A DNA stretch of 63,095 nucleotides, filler included. It is 8 parts of 8 records of this genome, joined end to end, with 100 filler letters (N's around TTAATTAATTAA, not from the genome) between each part and the next. Parts side by side here need not be neighbours in the genome. Positions count along the whole stretch, not along the records: positions 28,935 to 36,051 come from SRR31147125_16576; positions 36,152 to 41,203 come from SRR31147125_16601; 6 more parts are not named here. The stretch is one strand, 5' to 3'. Position numbers and translations under genes: made by a program. The first letter of the stretch is position 1. Each line of letters starts with the position of its first letter. Shown here one piece after another: positions 30,647 to 41,303 of this stretch. Below the pieces are notes generated by a model. It was given only the letters and a program-made list of their open reading frames with translations, ran no database searches and was not told where the DNA came from.

Positions 30647-32571
30647 TATTGTCCTCCTCCAGGTCCACCGCCGCCGCCATCAGGAGGTCCACTACCGCCG
30701 CCGCCGCCGCCGTCGCCTCCCATCATGCCGCCCATGCCCATGTTCATGCCACCGGCATCATCAGAATCATCACCGCTTGATTCACTATTGGATTCTGTAG
30801 CAGTCAGAATACTTTCTGTTCCATCGAGTCCACTTATTATTTCTATATATGTTGTATCTTGAAGTCCAACTTCAACAAATACTATTTCACCAAATAACAA
30901 ATCTGTAGGGTCTGTAATAGCGCCACCTCTATTAGAACCTTGCGCCATCTTTTCGTCCATTTCGGCTTTCATTTCATCAGACATCTCATCAGACATTTCA
31001 GAAGCTTCCAACCCTTCTTCCGGTGGCTCCTGCCCTTCCATACCTTGCTCTTTAGCATCTGCCGAATCTTCTTCACTGCCAGGCTTTTGTTCTTCACCGT
31101 TTTGTGCTGCCTCACCCTGCTGTTCAATACCTATGTATTCCATAAGTGCCATCATATCATTGTCCGTTATCGCTTTTTTAATTTCGCTTTTTTCATTAGC
31201 AGTACGCTCTTTTTCTACGATAACGTAACTTCTATTTCCCATTGTTTTTACAGCAGAAGTTGGAACCAAAATCGTATTCTCACTTGATTCAACCTGGATT
31301 TCGCAAGCAACAGTCATAGCCACTTTAAAACCTTCGTTTCCAGAAATTGATATTTCAACATCATAAGTAGTTATTCCGCCTGAAGCTGCACCAGAAGAAG
31401 AAATATTCTGAACCACTCCTTCATATTCCTGCTCTTCAAGTGCATCTATTGTTACAACTGCTTTTTGTCCAATTTCAACATCAGTTATATCAAGTTCGTC
31501 TACCGAAACAGTTGCCACCCAATCTTCATGAGATTTCACAACTGAAATAAGTGCATCTCTTTCTATATCTTCCCCATCATTTATAGAAAGCTCTGTGTAA
31601 ATACCACTAACAGGAGCAACAAGCTCCAGCGTTTCATTTAGCTCCACACAAAACTCATGCTCTTCCCTTAATTCATTTAACTCTTTAAAATCATTATCTA
31701 AACTATAAGCATATTGTTCTACTTGAAAAAGTACTTCTCCTTTGTCTACGAGATAGTTATCCTCATCGTCTATCAAAACAACTTCGCCATAATTACACTT
31801 AATCTCTACTGGATTTATATAATCTAAGACACCAGTGAAGATTTCATTACCCTCTTTTGTAGCAGAAATAAGATATACTGATGCAGGATCATCTTTCTCT
31901 CTTCTTGCTGTAGGTAAAATAACACAATATTCGTCTCCGATTTTTTCCAATGTGATATCATCATGATATTTATATCCATCAGTTCTAATTACGAGTTCTT
32001 CTCCGCTATCTTTTAGCTTATTGTAAGTAGTTTCGTCAACAACAATTTTCATTCTGTCTTCTACAACTAAAGCCAAATAACCGTACTCTTCATTTATGTC
32101 TTCAACTATGTCCTCTTCATCCGCATTAACCTCTTTTAACCTTCCATCCATAGGTGCTTTGATGTATAGGATTTCAGATTCCTTATACGATGATGAAATA
32201 TCCTGTTGAAACTGGTTGAGTTCCTCAGTCAAGGCATCAAGGTTATCTTGCATCTTTTCTTTATCTAAGCGTGCAATTACCTCACCTTGTTCTACAAATT
32301 TACCATCACTTATCAAAAGCTCATCAATAGCAAGTGCTGTACTAGACATTATTTTTTGAGAATAACCACTATCGATATTCCCATCACCATATATGTCTAT
32401 GCTTATATCACCCATAGTTACGCTTGAAAATGTAGGCGTAATGTCAAATTCACTTTGTGCACTTTTGCTCTTTTTGATTATTGGTATAGCGATTGCAGCA
32501 ATAATTACCACAAGTAAAATCGCACCAATAATAGTTGTCCTTTTTTTGTTCTTTAATAATGCTTTTTTCAC
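30646..32571 (-). CDS. Membrane fusion (HlyD/MacA-type adaptor) protein with acidic insert and Gly/Met/Pro tail
   Basis: N-terminal TM, lipoyl-like halves (IKAPMDG, LVAPVSG), VDELDI.DVEIGQ and VEVGLQD...EIISGL. GTG start. Confidence 0.85.
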   Translation of the reverse strand: MKKALLKNKKRTTIIGAILLVVIIAAIAIPIIKKSKSAQSEFDITPTFSSVTMGDISIDIYGDGNIDSGYSQKIMSSTALAIDELLISDGKFVEQGEVIARLDKEKMQDNLDALTEELNQFQQDISSSYKESEILYIKAPMDGRLKEVNADEEDIVEDINEEYGYLALVVEDRMKIVVDETTYNKLKDSGEELVIRTDGYKYHDDITLEKIGDEYCVILPTARREKDDPASVYLISATKEGNEIFTGVLDYINPVEIKCNYGEVVLIDDEDNYLVDKGEVLFQVEQYAYSLDNDFKELNELREEHEFCVELNETLELVAPVSGIYTELSINDGEDIERDALISVVKSHEDWVATVSVDELDITDVEIGQKAVVTIDALEEQEYEGVVQNISSSGAASGGITTYDVEISISGNEGFKVAMTVACEIQVESSENTILVPTSAVKTMGNRSYVIVEKERTANEKSEIKKAITDNDMMALMEYIGIEQQGEAAQNGEEQKPGSEEDSADAKEQGMEGQEPPEEGLEASEMSDEMSDEMKAEMDEKMAQGSNRGGAITDPTDLLFGEIVFVEVGLQDTTYIEIISGLDGTESILTATESNSESSGDDSDDAGGMNMGMGGMMGGDGGGGGGSGPPDGGGGGPGGGQ

Positions 32572-32653
32572 AACAGACTCTCCTAATATTTTGTAAGTTT
32601 AAAGAGTGTCATAACAACGATGTTAATAACTATCAAAACCACTGTCACTATAC

Positions 32654-33232
32654 TCATATAATCACCTGTTTATTTTTTTCTGGTTCTTGCCCAGGACCCA
32701 TTTTTGCTCCTCTAAAACCGATACTTTCAATCTCAGAATCTGTAAAACTATCAGATAGCTCTTCCATTGTTATTTCACCATCATATAGTTTTTCTATTAC
32801 TTCTAGCTGTTCGTCGCTAAGTCCATCAAGGTTTAAATTCTCTTGTGGCGGCAACATGCCACCTCTGTCTTCCATTCCAAGCTCTTCTCTTGTAAACAAG
32901 TCGCTGCTTATCAAATCGTCTACAGTTATCTCTTCATTCTTATATTTTTCAATCATATCCAATTGTTCTTGTGAAAAATCAGTTGTATCCAAATCATCGA
33001 TATTAATGTTGAATCCGCCTTCACCTTTTCCACCTTCAGGAGGTTGCATCCCCTCTTTATCTGGTTGCATACCCTCTTTATCTGGCTTATCATTTTTTTC
33101 GTCCTGTTCAGTTATCTGTGCCTCATCTGTATTAGCTTCATCAGTATCTACAGCATTATCTTCAGATACACTTTGGCACCCAACCATAAATAGCAATGTT
33201 AGTGTTAAAAAAATAAAAATAGCTTTCTTCAT
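32654..33232 (-). CDS. Acidic lipoprotein with internal repeats
   Basis: MKKAIFIFLTLTLLFMVGC lipobox, PDKEGMQ x2, and two copies of S.EQL..IEK....IT...L. Confidence 0.75.
   Translation of the reverse strand: MKKAIFIFLTLTLLFMVGCQSVSEDNAVDTDEANTDEAQITEQDEKNDKPDKEGMQPDKEGMQPPEGGKGEGGFNINIDDLDTTDFSQEQLDMIEKYKNEEITVDDLISSDLFTREELGMEDRGGMLPPQENLNLDGLSDEQLEVIEKLYDGEITMEELSDSFTDSEIESIGFRGAKMGPGQEPEKNKQVII
33042..33085. repeat. 21-bp tandem repeat inside the lipoprotein gene
   Basis: ggttgcat(c/a)ccctctttatct x2, encoding PDKEGMQ. Confidence 0.85.
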
Positions 33233-33370
33233 CCGTTAATTATCTCCTTCAATTATTTTTGTAAAGTTTACCAAACTAAGCTTAATTTATACTTAATCTT
33301 TTTTTCAGTTTCATTTAAGGAAACTACCATAATTCTTTTTTGTATTAATTCCATTTAATTATTTATTTAT

Positions 33371-33428
33371 TTGTAAAAATATTGTATAATAATTGTAAAA
33401 ATATTGTATAATAGTTGTAAAATATTGT
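33371..33428. repeat. 22-bp direct repeat (about 2.6 copies) in divergent promoter region
   Basis: ttgtaaaaatattgtataataa / ttgtaaaaatattgtataatag / ttgtaaaatattgt. Confidence 0.85.
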
Positions 33429-33445
33429 TTAAGTAGGTGTATAAT

Positions 33446-34648
33446 ATGAATGAATTTAATCGTAAAATGAATTTAAGAAGCTTGGTTTATTTCTGCATTG
33501 TTTCTATATTGCTTTTTTCAGGTTTTTTTCTAGAGTTTTTAAAAGGAAAAAAAACAGTTTTTGAATTAATTCTTGTTACACTATTGTATATTGTCCCATC
33601 GATTGCTTCGATTATTTTATACCGCTTAAAGCCACACTGGAAAGGCTTTCGTATTTTAGTATCAATTATATTTATACTAGGCTACGCATATACCATGTTT
33701 GCATTTTCAAGACTAATAATATTTGTTATGGCATTATGTCTTTTACCAATTATGACCGTTAGCAGTAAAACTAAAACAATAGTATATATGATAATCCCAA
33801 TACTTATAATTAATATTATCCGTGTATATCTTGAATATAAAGGTATAATTGGTGAACCATTTGATTTTGTAGAACACTTTATTCAAATATGTGGTATTTC
33901 CGTGCTAGTAGTATGTTATATTTCATCCAGCAAACTTAGCCTGTTTTATAACAATATTCATATAGAAAAAGTAAACAAAGAAAAGGCTAATCAACAAGCA
34001 ACTATGACAAAAACACTTGCACTTATGGATGCAGTAAAAAGTTCTTCATCAGAATCTAATCAACATGTTTCTGAACTTAGCAATTACTCAAAAGAAGTAG
34101 GTACTCTTACAAATTCATCAAAAGACAATGCAATTTCAGGAGCAAAAATAGTAGAGGGTATTTCAAACAACACTGACGAGCTTAATTCTTGTACAAAAGA
34201 TGTGGAAAGTTCGATTTTCGAACTTAAAGACAGAGTCGAACAAATAAATAATATTATTGGTGTAATATCAAACATATCAAGGCAGATTAATCTATTATCA
34301 CTAAACGCAGCTGTAGAAAGCGCAAGATCTGGTGAAGCTGGTCGCGGTTTTGCGGTTGTTGCAAGCGAAATAAAAAATCTTGCAAACCAAACCGAACATT
34401 CTACAAGCAAAATAAATACAATCATAGAACAATTGAATGAAGATGTTGAAAATTCAGTATCTTCGATGTCAGCGCTTGAGACTATAAACACTAAACAATT
34501 AAAACTAATTTCTGATGTATCCAACTCTTATAAAGATATAAAATACTCCATGGAGAACATTGCAGATAAAATCGGCAACATGGATGGCATGATACAAAGT
34601 GTAGCCAATTCTAATAAAGTTATGATAAGTCATTTAGACGAAGAATAA
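33446..34648 (+). CDS. Methyl-accepting chemotaxis protein with integral-membrane N-terminus
   Basis: About 6 TM helices, then [34 protein letters not shown]. Confidence 0.9.
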   Translation: MNEFNRKMNLRSLVYFCIVSILLFSGFFLEFLKGKKTVFELILVTLLYIVPSIASIILYRLKPHWKGFRILVSIIFILGYAYTMFAFSRLIIFVMALCLLPIMTVSSKTKTIVYMIIPILIINIIRVYLEYKGIIGEPFDFVEHFIQICGISVLVVCYISSSKLSLFYNNIHIEKVNKEKANQQATMTKTLALMDAVKSSSSESNQHVSELSNYSKEVGTLTNSSKDNAISGAKIVEGISNNTDELNSCTKDVESSIFELKDRVEQINNIIGVISNISRQINLLSLNAAVESARSGEAGRGFAVVASEIKNLANQTEHSTSKINTIIEQLNEDVENSVSSMSALETINTKQLKLISDVSNSYKDIKYSMENIADKIGNMDGMIQSVANSNKVMISHLDEE

Positions 34649-34654
34649 ACTCAC

Positions 34655-34680
34655 GGGTCAATTTTATAAAACTTGACCCT
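34655..34680. terminator. Hairpin between convergent MCP and kinase genes
   Basis: gggtcaa-ttttataaaac-ttgaccc. Confidence 0.5.
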
Positions 34681-34695
34681 TATTTAATTTAAATA

Positions 34696-36051
34696 TTAAT
34701 ACAAATTATACATTTCATCATACATAGGTTTTAAATTTTTATACATCTTTCTATAAATTTTTGAAAATATAAGTTCATACTTTTTGTTGGCTTCTTCACA
34801 AGGCTCAAAGCTTTTCATTTTATGTACCATACTTTCAACTGCTTTTTCGTACGTATCAAAATAACCAAGTGTTTTAAACCCAACAATAGCGCAACCAAGT
34901 CCACTAGTTTCGTTTGTTTGAACTTTACAAACTCGTCTTCCAAAAATATCTGCCGAAATCTGACATATTTCATCGCTAATAGATCCACCACCAGATATCA
35001 TTATAGTGTCAATTTTTGTCTTGGATTTTTTTTCTATGGCTTTAAGTCCATCCTTAAGTGCATATCCTATACCCTCAATAATAGCTCTATAAATATGATA
35101 TCTCGTATGAACATCCGAAAATCCTATCATAGCTCCTCTTGCTTCTGGGTTTTCAAGCACACTACCCCAAAATGGCTGGAGCATTAACCCCTCACTACCA
35201 ATTGGTATGTTCTCAAGTGATTCGTTCAATAATTCTTCAGGCGTAATATTCAATCGCTTTGCTTTATCCACATCTTTTTTTGCAAATTCATTTTTAAACC
35301 AAGTAATCATCCAAAAACCTTTATAGATTTGAATTTCTGGATTATAGTTTTTTGGAACAACTGATGGAAAAGGCGGTACGAATGGGATAACCTCGAAATA
35401 CCTTTTACTAGAAACCTGTACCGATGCTTGAGATCCTAGTGATATCGATGCCGTTTTTTCATCTAAACAACCAGTCCCTAAAGTTTCGCAAGATTTATCA
35501 GAGCCACTTGGAATAAAAGGTAACCCTTGCTTTATTCCGCTAAGATCACTCGCTTCTTTTGAAATATTAGCTAAAACGGTATTAGGCTCAACAAGCTCGC
35601 AAAGCTTTTCTAACTCAATTTGAAACATCTGTGCCTTCATGCCAAGTCTATTTTCCCATGTACTTTTTTTATAGTTAAAAGGAATATGACCAATTTGATT
35701 TGCAGAATTATCTTTCAGAACTCCAGTAAGTTTATAATTTAAATAGGTAGACAACAAAACATAGGATTTCGTTTTCTCCCACATCTCTGGTTGATTTTTT
35801 TGTACCCAATGAGCAGGACACGCCTTGTTTACAGCTACAGCGATTTTATACATAGAGACTAACTTCATCAATATGTTATATATTGGTTTCATTGGCTTAT
35901 GTGTTTTTTGCTTTCTTTTATCCATCCAAAGTATTGCTGGTCTTACTTCATTATTGTTTTCATCTAAAAACACGACAGTGTCTCTTTGGGTTGTAAGGCA
36001 CACAGCAATTACATTTTCAAATTCGCTTGGGTATTCTTTTTTTATTTTTTT
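34696..36051 (-). CDS. FGGY-family carbohydrate kinase (5' truncated)
   Basis: TTQRDT...RPAILWMDKR, SGSDKSCE, ISLGSQA, YRAIIEGI, SGGGS. Frame open to the contig edge. Confidence 0.9.
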   Translation of the reverse strand, partial: KKIKKEYPSEFENVIAVCLTTQRDTVVFLDENNNEVRPAILWMDKRKQKTHKPMKPIYNILMKLVSMYKIAVAVNKACPAHWVQKNQPEMWEKTKSYVLLSTYLNYKLTGVLKDNSANQIGHIPFNYKKSTWENRLGMKAQMFQIELEKLCELVEPNTVLANISKEASDLSGIKQGLPFIPSGSDKSCETLGTGCLDEKTASISLGSQASVQVSSKRYFEVIPFVPPFPSVVPKNYNPEIQIYKGFWMITWFKNEFAKKDVDKAKRLNITPEELLNESLENIPIGSEGLMLQPFWGSVLENPEARGAMIGFSDVHTRYHIYRAIIEGIGYALKDGLKAIEKKSKTKIDTIMISGGGSISDEICQISADIFGRRVCKVQTNETSGLGCAIVGFKTLGYFDTYEKAVESMVHKMKSFEPCEEANKKYELIFSKIYRKMYKNLKPMYDEMYNLY

Positions 36052-36151
36052 NNNNNNNNNNNNNNNNNNNNNNNNNNNNNNNNNNNNNNNNNNNNTTAAT
36101 TAATTAANNNNNNNNNNNNNNNNNNNNNNNNNNNNNNNNNNNNNNNNNNNN
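36052..36151. other. Artificial contig spacer
   Basis: N44-TTAATTAATTAA-N44. Confidence 0.98.
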
Positions 36152-36266
36152 AGGTTGCCGCAGTATGGTGCGTGGGCACGGTTTTAAGGCTAGATAGAAA
36201 TAGCAGTATAATCAAGTGAGTAATTTGTATAAAAGTTACAAAATGAAATTAGAGAGGAGTAGAAGA

Positions 36267-37157
36267 ATGAGTCAATTAAGTAAGTTAGATAAATTGGAAA
36301 GTAAAAGTATATATATACTGAGAGAGGCGTATAGCCAGTTGAAAAACCTTGGAATGTTGTGGTCAATAGGAAAAGACAGTACAGTATTATTGTGGTTGGC
36401 TAGAAAGGCTTTTCACGGACATGTACCTTTCCCATTAGTTCACATTGATACACATTTCAAAATTCCTGAAATGATTGAGTATAGAGATAAATTTACCGCA
36501 AAATGGGGCCTTGATATGATCTATGGTGAAAATGCAGAAGCACTTGCAAGTAAACAAACTTTCCCTGATGGTAATGTTAGCAGAATACAGTGTTGTAAAT
36601 CGCTAAAGGCAAATGCTCTGAAATATACACTTAACGGAACATTGCCAAGGTATAGATTTAATCATGATAAAGGAAAATATGAGGAGGATCAAAATAGAGA
36701 GGCTTTCACTGGAGTTATAGTAGGTGTCCGTGCTGATGAAGAGGGAAGTCGATCGAAGGAGAGATATTTCTCACCTAGAGATAATCAGAATAACTGGGAT
36801 ATTGGTGACCAACCACCTGAATTCTGGAATCAATATAAAACTGAGTTTGCACCAGGAACTCACTTGAGAATTCACCCTTTACTTGACTGGACAGAGCTAG
36901 ATATTTGGGAATATATTCAGAGAGAGAATATCCCTATTGTATCACTTTACTTTAATCAGGGAGAGGGGAAAAGATACAGATCATTAGGTTGTTACCCGTG
37001 TACTGTTCCAGTTGATTCGGAAGCTACTACTGTTGATGAAATAGTTGAGGAGCTTAAAACAGGTAAGTTTTCCAATATTGCTGAAAGATCAGGAAGAGAG
37101 CAGGATAAAGAGGGAGACGGCGGTCTGGAAGAACTAAGAAAAGATGGATATATGTAA
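36267..37157 (+). CDS. cysD: Sulfate adenylyltransferase subunit 2
   Basis: [66 protein letters not shown] before ATG at 36267. Confidence 0.93.
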   Translation: MSQLSKLDKLESKSIYILREAYSQLKNLGMLWSIGKDSTVLLWLARKAFHGHVPFPLVHIDTHFKIPEMIEYRDKFTAKWGLDMIYGENAEALASKQTFPDGNVSRIQCCKSLKANALKYTLNGTLPRYRFNHDKGKYEEDQNREAFTGVIVGVRADEEGSRSKERYFSPRDNQNNWDIGDQPPEFWNQYKTEFAPGTHLRIHPLLDWTELDIWEYIQRENIPIVSLYFNQGEGKRYRSLGCYPCTVPVDSEATTVDEIVEELKTGKFSNIAERSGREQDKEGDGGLEELRKDGYM

Positions 37158-37242
37158 AATCATAGTTCTAGGTGTTATAAATAACATTCTGCTTAAAAAC
37201 TAGCGTAATTATAAATAGCCAAATTATTGAGAGGTGAAAAGA

Positions 37243-39054
37243 ATGAATAAAATTAGAGAAGATATGAATATAGTAATCGTAGGTCATGTTGACCACGGTA
37301 AAAGTACAATTATTGGTCGTCTGCTAGCGGATACCGACTCCCTTCCAAGTGGAAAATTGGAGCAAGTTAAAGAGAAGTGTAGGAGAAATTCAAAACCATT
37401 TGAGTATGCATTCCTGCTTGATGCACTGAAGGATGAGCAAGCACAGGGGATAACTATTGATGCTGCGAGATGTTTCTTTCAAAGTGAAAAAAGAGAGTAT
37501 ATCATTATTGATGCACCGGGACATATTGAGTTCCTAAAAAACATGGTAACAGGAGCTTCAAGAGCGGAAGCAGCACTATTAGTTATTGATTCTCATGAGG
37601 GAATTAAGGAAAACTCGAAAAGACATGGTTACCTGCTGTCGATGCTTGGCATTAAACAGGTTGCAGTACTTATTAATAAAATGGATTTAGTTGATTATAG
37701 TGAAGATGTATATAACAATATCGTTAGCGAATATTCTGAATTTTTGGAACAGATAAATATTAAGCCAGAAGCATTTATACCTGTAAGTGGATTTGAGGGA
37801 GATAACATTGTAACAAACTCTGAAAAGACAAGCTGGTATAAAGGGAAATCAATTTTGGAACTATTAGATTCATTTAAAAGTAATGAGTCACAAGATGAAC
37901 AAGCATTTAGAATGCCAGTACAGGATATATATAAATTTACGAAAAATGGAGATAAGAGAAGAATTGTAGCAGGTGGCGTACTTAGTGGGACCTTACATGA
38001 AGGAGATGAAGTAGTATTTTATCCATCTGGTAAAACTAGCAGGGTAAATAGTATAGAGAGTTTTAATACCGAGAAGAAAACCAAGATAACAGCAGGTTAT
38101 TCTACGGGATTTACACTTAGTGAGCAGATATATATTTCCCGTGGTGAATTAGTTGCAAAAGCTGATGAGGTTAAACCAAAGATTGCTACAAGATTTAAAA
38201 CTAACCTGTTTTGGTTGGCCAAAAATAGCTTTGAAAAAGGGAAAAAATATCTACTTAAAAATGGTACGAACAGAGTAAGTGTAGAGATAGAGGAGATAGT
38301 AAGAGTGCTTGATGCTTCCACACTTACAGCGCTTACTAAAGATCAGGTTGAGAGACATGATGTTGCTGAAGTGATACTAAAATCTGATAGACCTCTTGCA
38401 TTTGATGAAAATAAATATCTAGCTGATACAAGCAGATTTGTAATAGTTGATAATTATAACATAGCAGGTGGTGGAATTATACAGGAAGCTCTAAAAGATG
38501 ATGAAAGTGATTTGAGAGATCAGGTACTGTTTAGAAATACTCACTGGGAAAAAGGAGAGGTTAGTCCTGAGGAAAGAGCTGAGAAATATAATCAAGGTTC
38601 GAAGTTACTGATTATTTCAGGTGAAACTGAGAGTAAAAGAAGAGAGATAGCAAAACAACTTGAAAAAACATTAATTGATAGTGGTAAAAAAGCATATTAT
38701 CTTGGATTTGATAACCTTGATCATGGTGTTGATTCAGATATTAGAGATTGTGATATTGCGGGGAGCAGAGAGGAAAGAATCAGAAGATTTGCAGAGATAG
38801 CTCACTTGATGCTTGATGCCGGGCTTATTGTTGTAACGTCTATAGTTAATCTGGATGAACATGAGAGAAAGCTTATTAGAACTGTCCTTGGAAATGAAGG
38901 CGAGAAAGATAATACCGGAATTGTATGGCTGGGCGAAGAGATCACAACCGGTCTCGAGAGCGACATTCACATAAGAGAAGGAATAGACATTAGAATAGTA
39001 GTTGCAAGACTTAAAACTTATCTACAAGAGCAAGGTGTAGTGTTTAAGTATTAA
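37243..39054 (+). CDS. cysN: Sulfate adenylyltransferase GTPase subunit with degenerate C-terminal APS-kinase-like domain
   Basis: [30 protein letters not shown]. The C-terminal domain follows the CysC layout but has no P-loop. Confidence 0.9.
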   Translation: MNKIREDMNIVIVGHVDHGKSTIIGRLLADTDSLPSGKLEQVKEKCRRNSKPFEYAFLLDALKDEQAQGITIDAARCFFQSEKREYIIIDAPGHIEFLKNMVTGASRAEAALLVIDSHEGIKENSKRHGYLLSMLGIKQVAVLINKMDLVDYSEDVYNNIVSEYSEFLEQINIKPEAFIPVSGFEGDNIVTNSEKTSWYKGKSILELLDSFKSNESQDEQAFRMPVQDIYKFTKNGDKRRIVAGGVLSGTLHEGDEVVFYPSGKTSRVNSIESFNTEKKTKITAGYSTGFTLSEQIYISRGELVAKADEVKPKIATRFKTNLFWLAKNSFEKGKKYLLKNGTNRVSVEIEEIVRVLDASTLTALTKDQVERHDVAEVILKSDRPLAFDENKYLADTSRFVIVDNYNIAGGGIIQEALKDDESDLRDQVLFRNTHWEKGEVSPEERAEKYNQGSKLLIISGETESKRREIAKQLEKTLIDSGKKAYYLGFDNLDHGVDSDIRDCDIAGSREERIRRFAEIAHLMLDAGLIVVTSIVNLDEHERKLIRTVLGNEGEKDNTGIVWLGEEITTGLESDIHIREGIDIRIVVARLKTYLQEQGVVFKY

Positions 39055-39122
39055 TTTATATGGGTAACGCTCCGTTTTTTCCCCGAAAATGTATCAGTGA
39101 ATTGAATAGCGCAGTAAATTAA

Positions 39123-39158
39123 AGGATAAATCTTATTTTGAAGATTTATCCTATTTTT
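39123..39158. terminator. Rho-independent terminator between convergent genes
   Basis: aggataaatctt-attttg-aagatttatcct (12-bp perfect stem) followed by a T-run. Confidence 0.75.
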
Positions 39159-39199
39159 CTTTTTAATCTCTTATTCTTAAAAATTGAACTATAAAAAAA

Positions 39200-40917
39200 C
39201 TACTCTATATATCCGCCTTTCATAGGAGAAACAGCTAATTTTGTGTATATACCTAAAGCTCCTTTAGTATATTTTGGTTTTGGTTGAATCCATTTTTTTC
39301 TTCTTTCAAATAGTATATTTTCAACAACTTCAAATTCTTCAATTTTATAGTTAATTCCAATTATATTAATTGATCTTTTTTCTACATTTATTTCTATTAA
39401 ATCTCCTTTTTTTATTAAGGCTATTGTTCCTCCTTGGTATGCCTCTGGAGATACATGCCCTATTGCCGGTCCTCTTGTTGCTCCTGAAAATCTTCCGTCG
39501 GTTATTAAGGCAACTGTTGAAATCAATTCAGAATCAGAGGCTATAGCTTCTGTTGTATAAAACATTTCCGGCATACCACTTCCTTTTGGTCCTTCATATC
39601 TTATTATAACCGCATCTCCTGGATTTATATCTCTTTTTATAACTGCTTCTAAAGCTTCTTCTTCAGAATCAAATGGAACTGCTTTTAATATCACATTTTT
39701 CATCTCTTTTGCAATTGCAGAATGTTTAATTACAGCTCCTTCTGGAGCTAAATTTCCTTTTAATACAGCTATTGCTCCTTCTTTTTGAATAGGATTTAAA
39801 ACAGTTTTTATAATTTCAGTTTTTATAATTCCTTTTTTTCAAGATATTTATTGCAATCTTCATAAAAACCACTGTTTTTCAAGTCATTCAAATTTTCTCC
39901 TAAAGTTTTTCCTGTTATAGTTAGTACATCTAAATGAAGGAACTCTTTTATTTCTTCCATTATTGCAGGAACTCCTCCAGCATACCAAAAATACTCTCCA
40001 GGATAAAATCCACTTGGTCTAATATTTAGTAAATAAGGAATTTTTCTATGAATTTCATCAAAAATTTCAGCATCTAATTCAATACCAACTTCATGTGCAA
40101 TAGCAGGAATATGAAGTAAAGTATTACTAGATCCAGCTATTGCTGCATGAACCATTATTGCATTTTCAAAGGCTTTTTTTGTTAATAAATTTGATGGTAA
40201 AAATTTATCCAAACCAGCTATCTCAACTGCTCTTTTTCCTGTTTTTTTACTCATTTCAATAATATCTTCAACAGTTGCTGGCATAAGTGCAGCACTTGGA
40301 AGTGTGAGTCCTAATGCTTCTGCCATTACTTGCATAGTTGAAGCTGTTCCCATAAACGAGCAAGCTCCACAAGATGGACAAGCATTATGTTTTGCATAAT
40401 CAAATTCCTTTTCTGTTATTTCTCCTTTTTTATGTTTTGCACTGTATACTCCTAGTTGTTCTAATGTTAACATATCTGGTCCAGCAGCCATTATTCCTCC
40501 AGGCATTACAATTGAAGGCATATTAAGTCTTGCAATAGCCTTTAAATGAGCCGGAACTCCTTTATCACAACTACAGACAAAAACTCCTGCGTCATAAGGT
40601 GTTGCTCCTATTTGTATCTCTATCATATTAGTAATAAATTCTCTTGATGCCAATGAATAATTCATTCCATCATGTCCCTGTGCTTGACCGTCACAAATAT
40701 CTGTAGTAAAATATTTTGCTGCTTTTCCATCATTTTTCGAAATTTCATTTGAAATAGCATCTACTATTTTATTCAAATGGGCACTTCCTGGATGACTATC
40801 TCCATATGTACTTTCAATAATAATTTGAGGTTTACTTAAATCTTCTACGCTCCATCCCATTCCCATTCTTAAAGGATCTAATTCAGGAGCTATTTTTCTT
40901 AATTTTTGACTTATCAT
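39200..40917 (-). CDS. ilvD: Dihydroxy-acid / sugar-acid dehydratase (IlvD/Edd family) with 1-nt frameshift
   Basis: [63 protein letters not shown]. ORFs 39823-40917 and 39200-39703 join at the T7 run 39833-39839. Substrate uncertain. Confidence 0.85.
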
Positions 40918-40934
40918 TATTTTTATCCCATCCT

Positions 40935-41203
40935 TTATTCTTTTAATGTGACTTTCATAATTAAATCTTCTGGTTTTACTTTACCACTAGATTTTTCTAT
41001 TGAATCTACTATCTGAAGATATTATAATAGATGATTTGTGTAATTTGATATAATTTATTTTAAAAATATTAAATTCAATTGCGTTACAAGACGAATATAT
41101 AGTATTTCCATCGCCAATAATTCCAGATGAAAAAGCTTCATCTGGAATCTCACTTAAAGGAATAATCTCCCCGTAAATCGGCAAATATATTTCAATTATT
41201 TTT
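40935..41203 (-). pseudogene. Decayed PTS glucose-family EIIA domain
   Basis: IYLPIYGEIIPLSEIPDEAFSSGIIGDG is a typical EIIA-Glc N-terminus. The LIH.G.DTV phospho-His core is absent, a stop follows, and a C-terminal remnant SGKVKPEDLIMKVTLKE* lies in another frame. Confidence 0.65.
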
Positions 41204-41303
41204 NNNNNNNNNNNNNNNNNNNNNNNNNNNNNNNNNNNNNNNNNNNNTTAATTAATTAANNNNNNNNNNNNNNNNNNNNNNNNNNNNNNNNNNNNNNNNN
41301 NNN
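41204..41303. other. Artificial contig spacer
   Basis: N44-TTAATTAATTAA-N44. Confidence 0.98.

Noticed and set aside
32535-33239. 234-aa Ser-rich plus-strand ORF
   Set aside because: Antisense mirror of the acidic lipoprotein gene.
39055-39120. GGGTAACGCTCCGTTTTTT after cysN as an IS end or island boundary (ilvD side looks more AT-rich)
   Set aside because: No matching second end, target duplication or transposase found, and the composition shift was not quantified.
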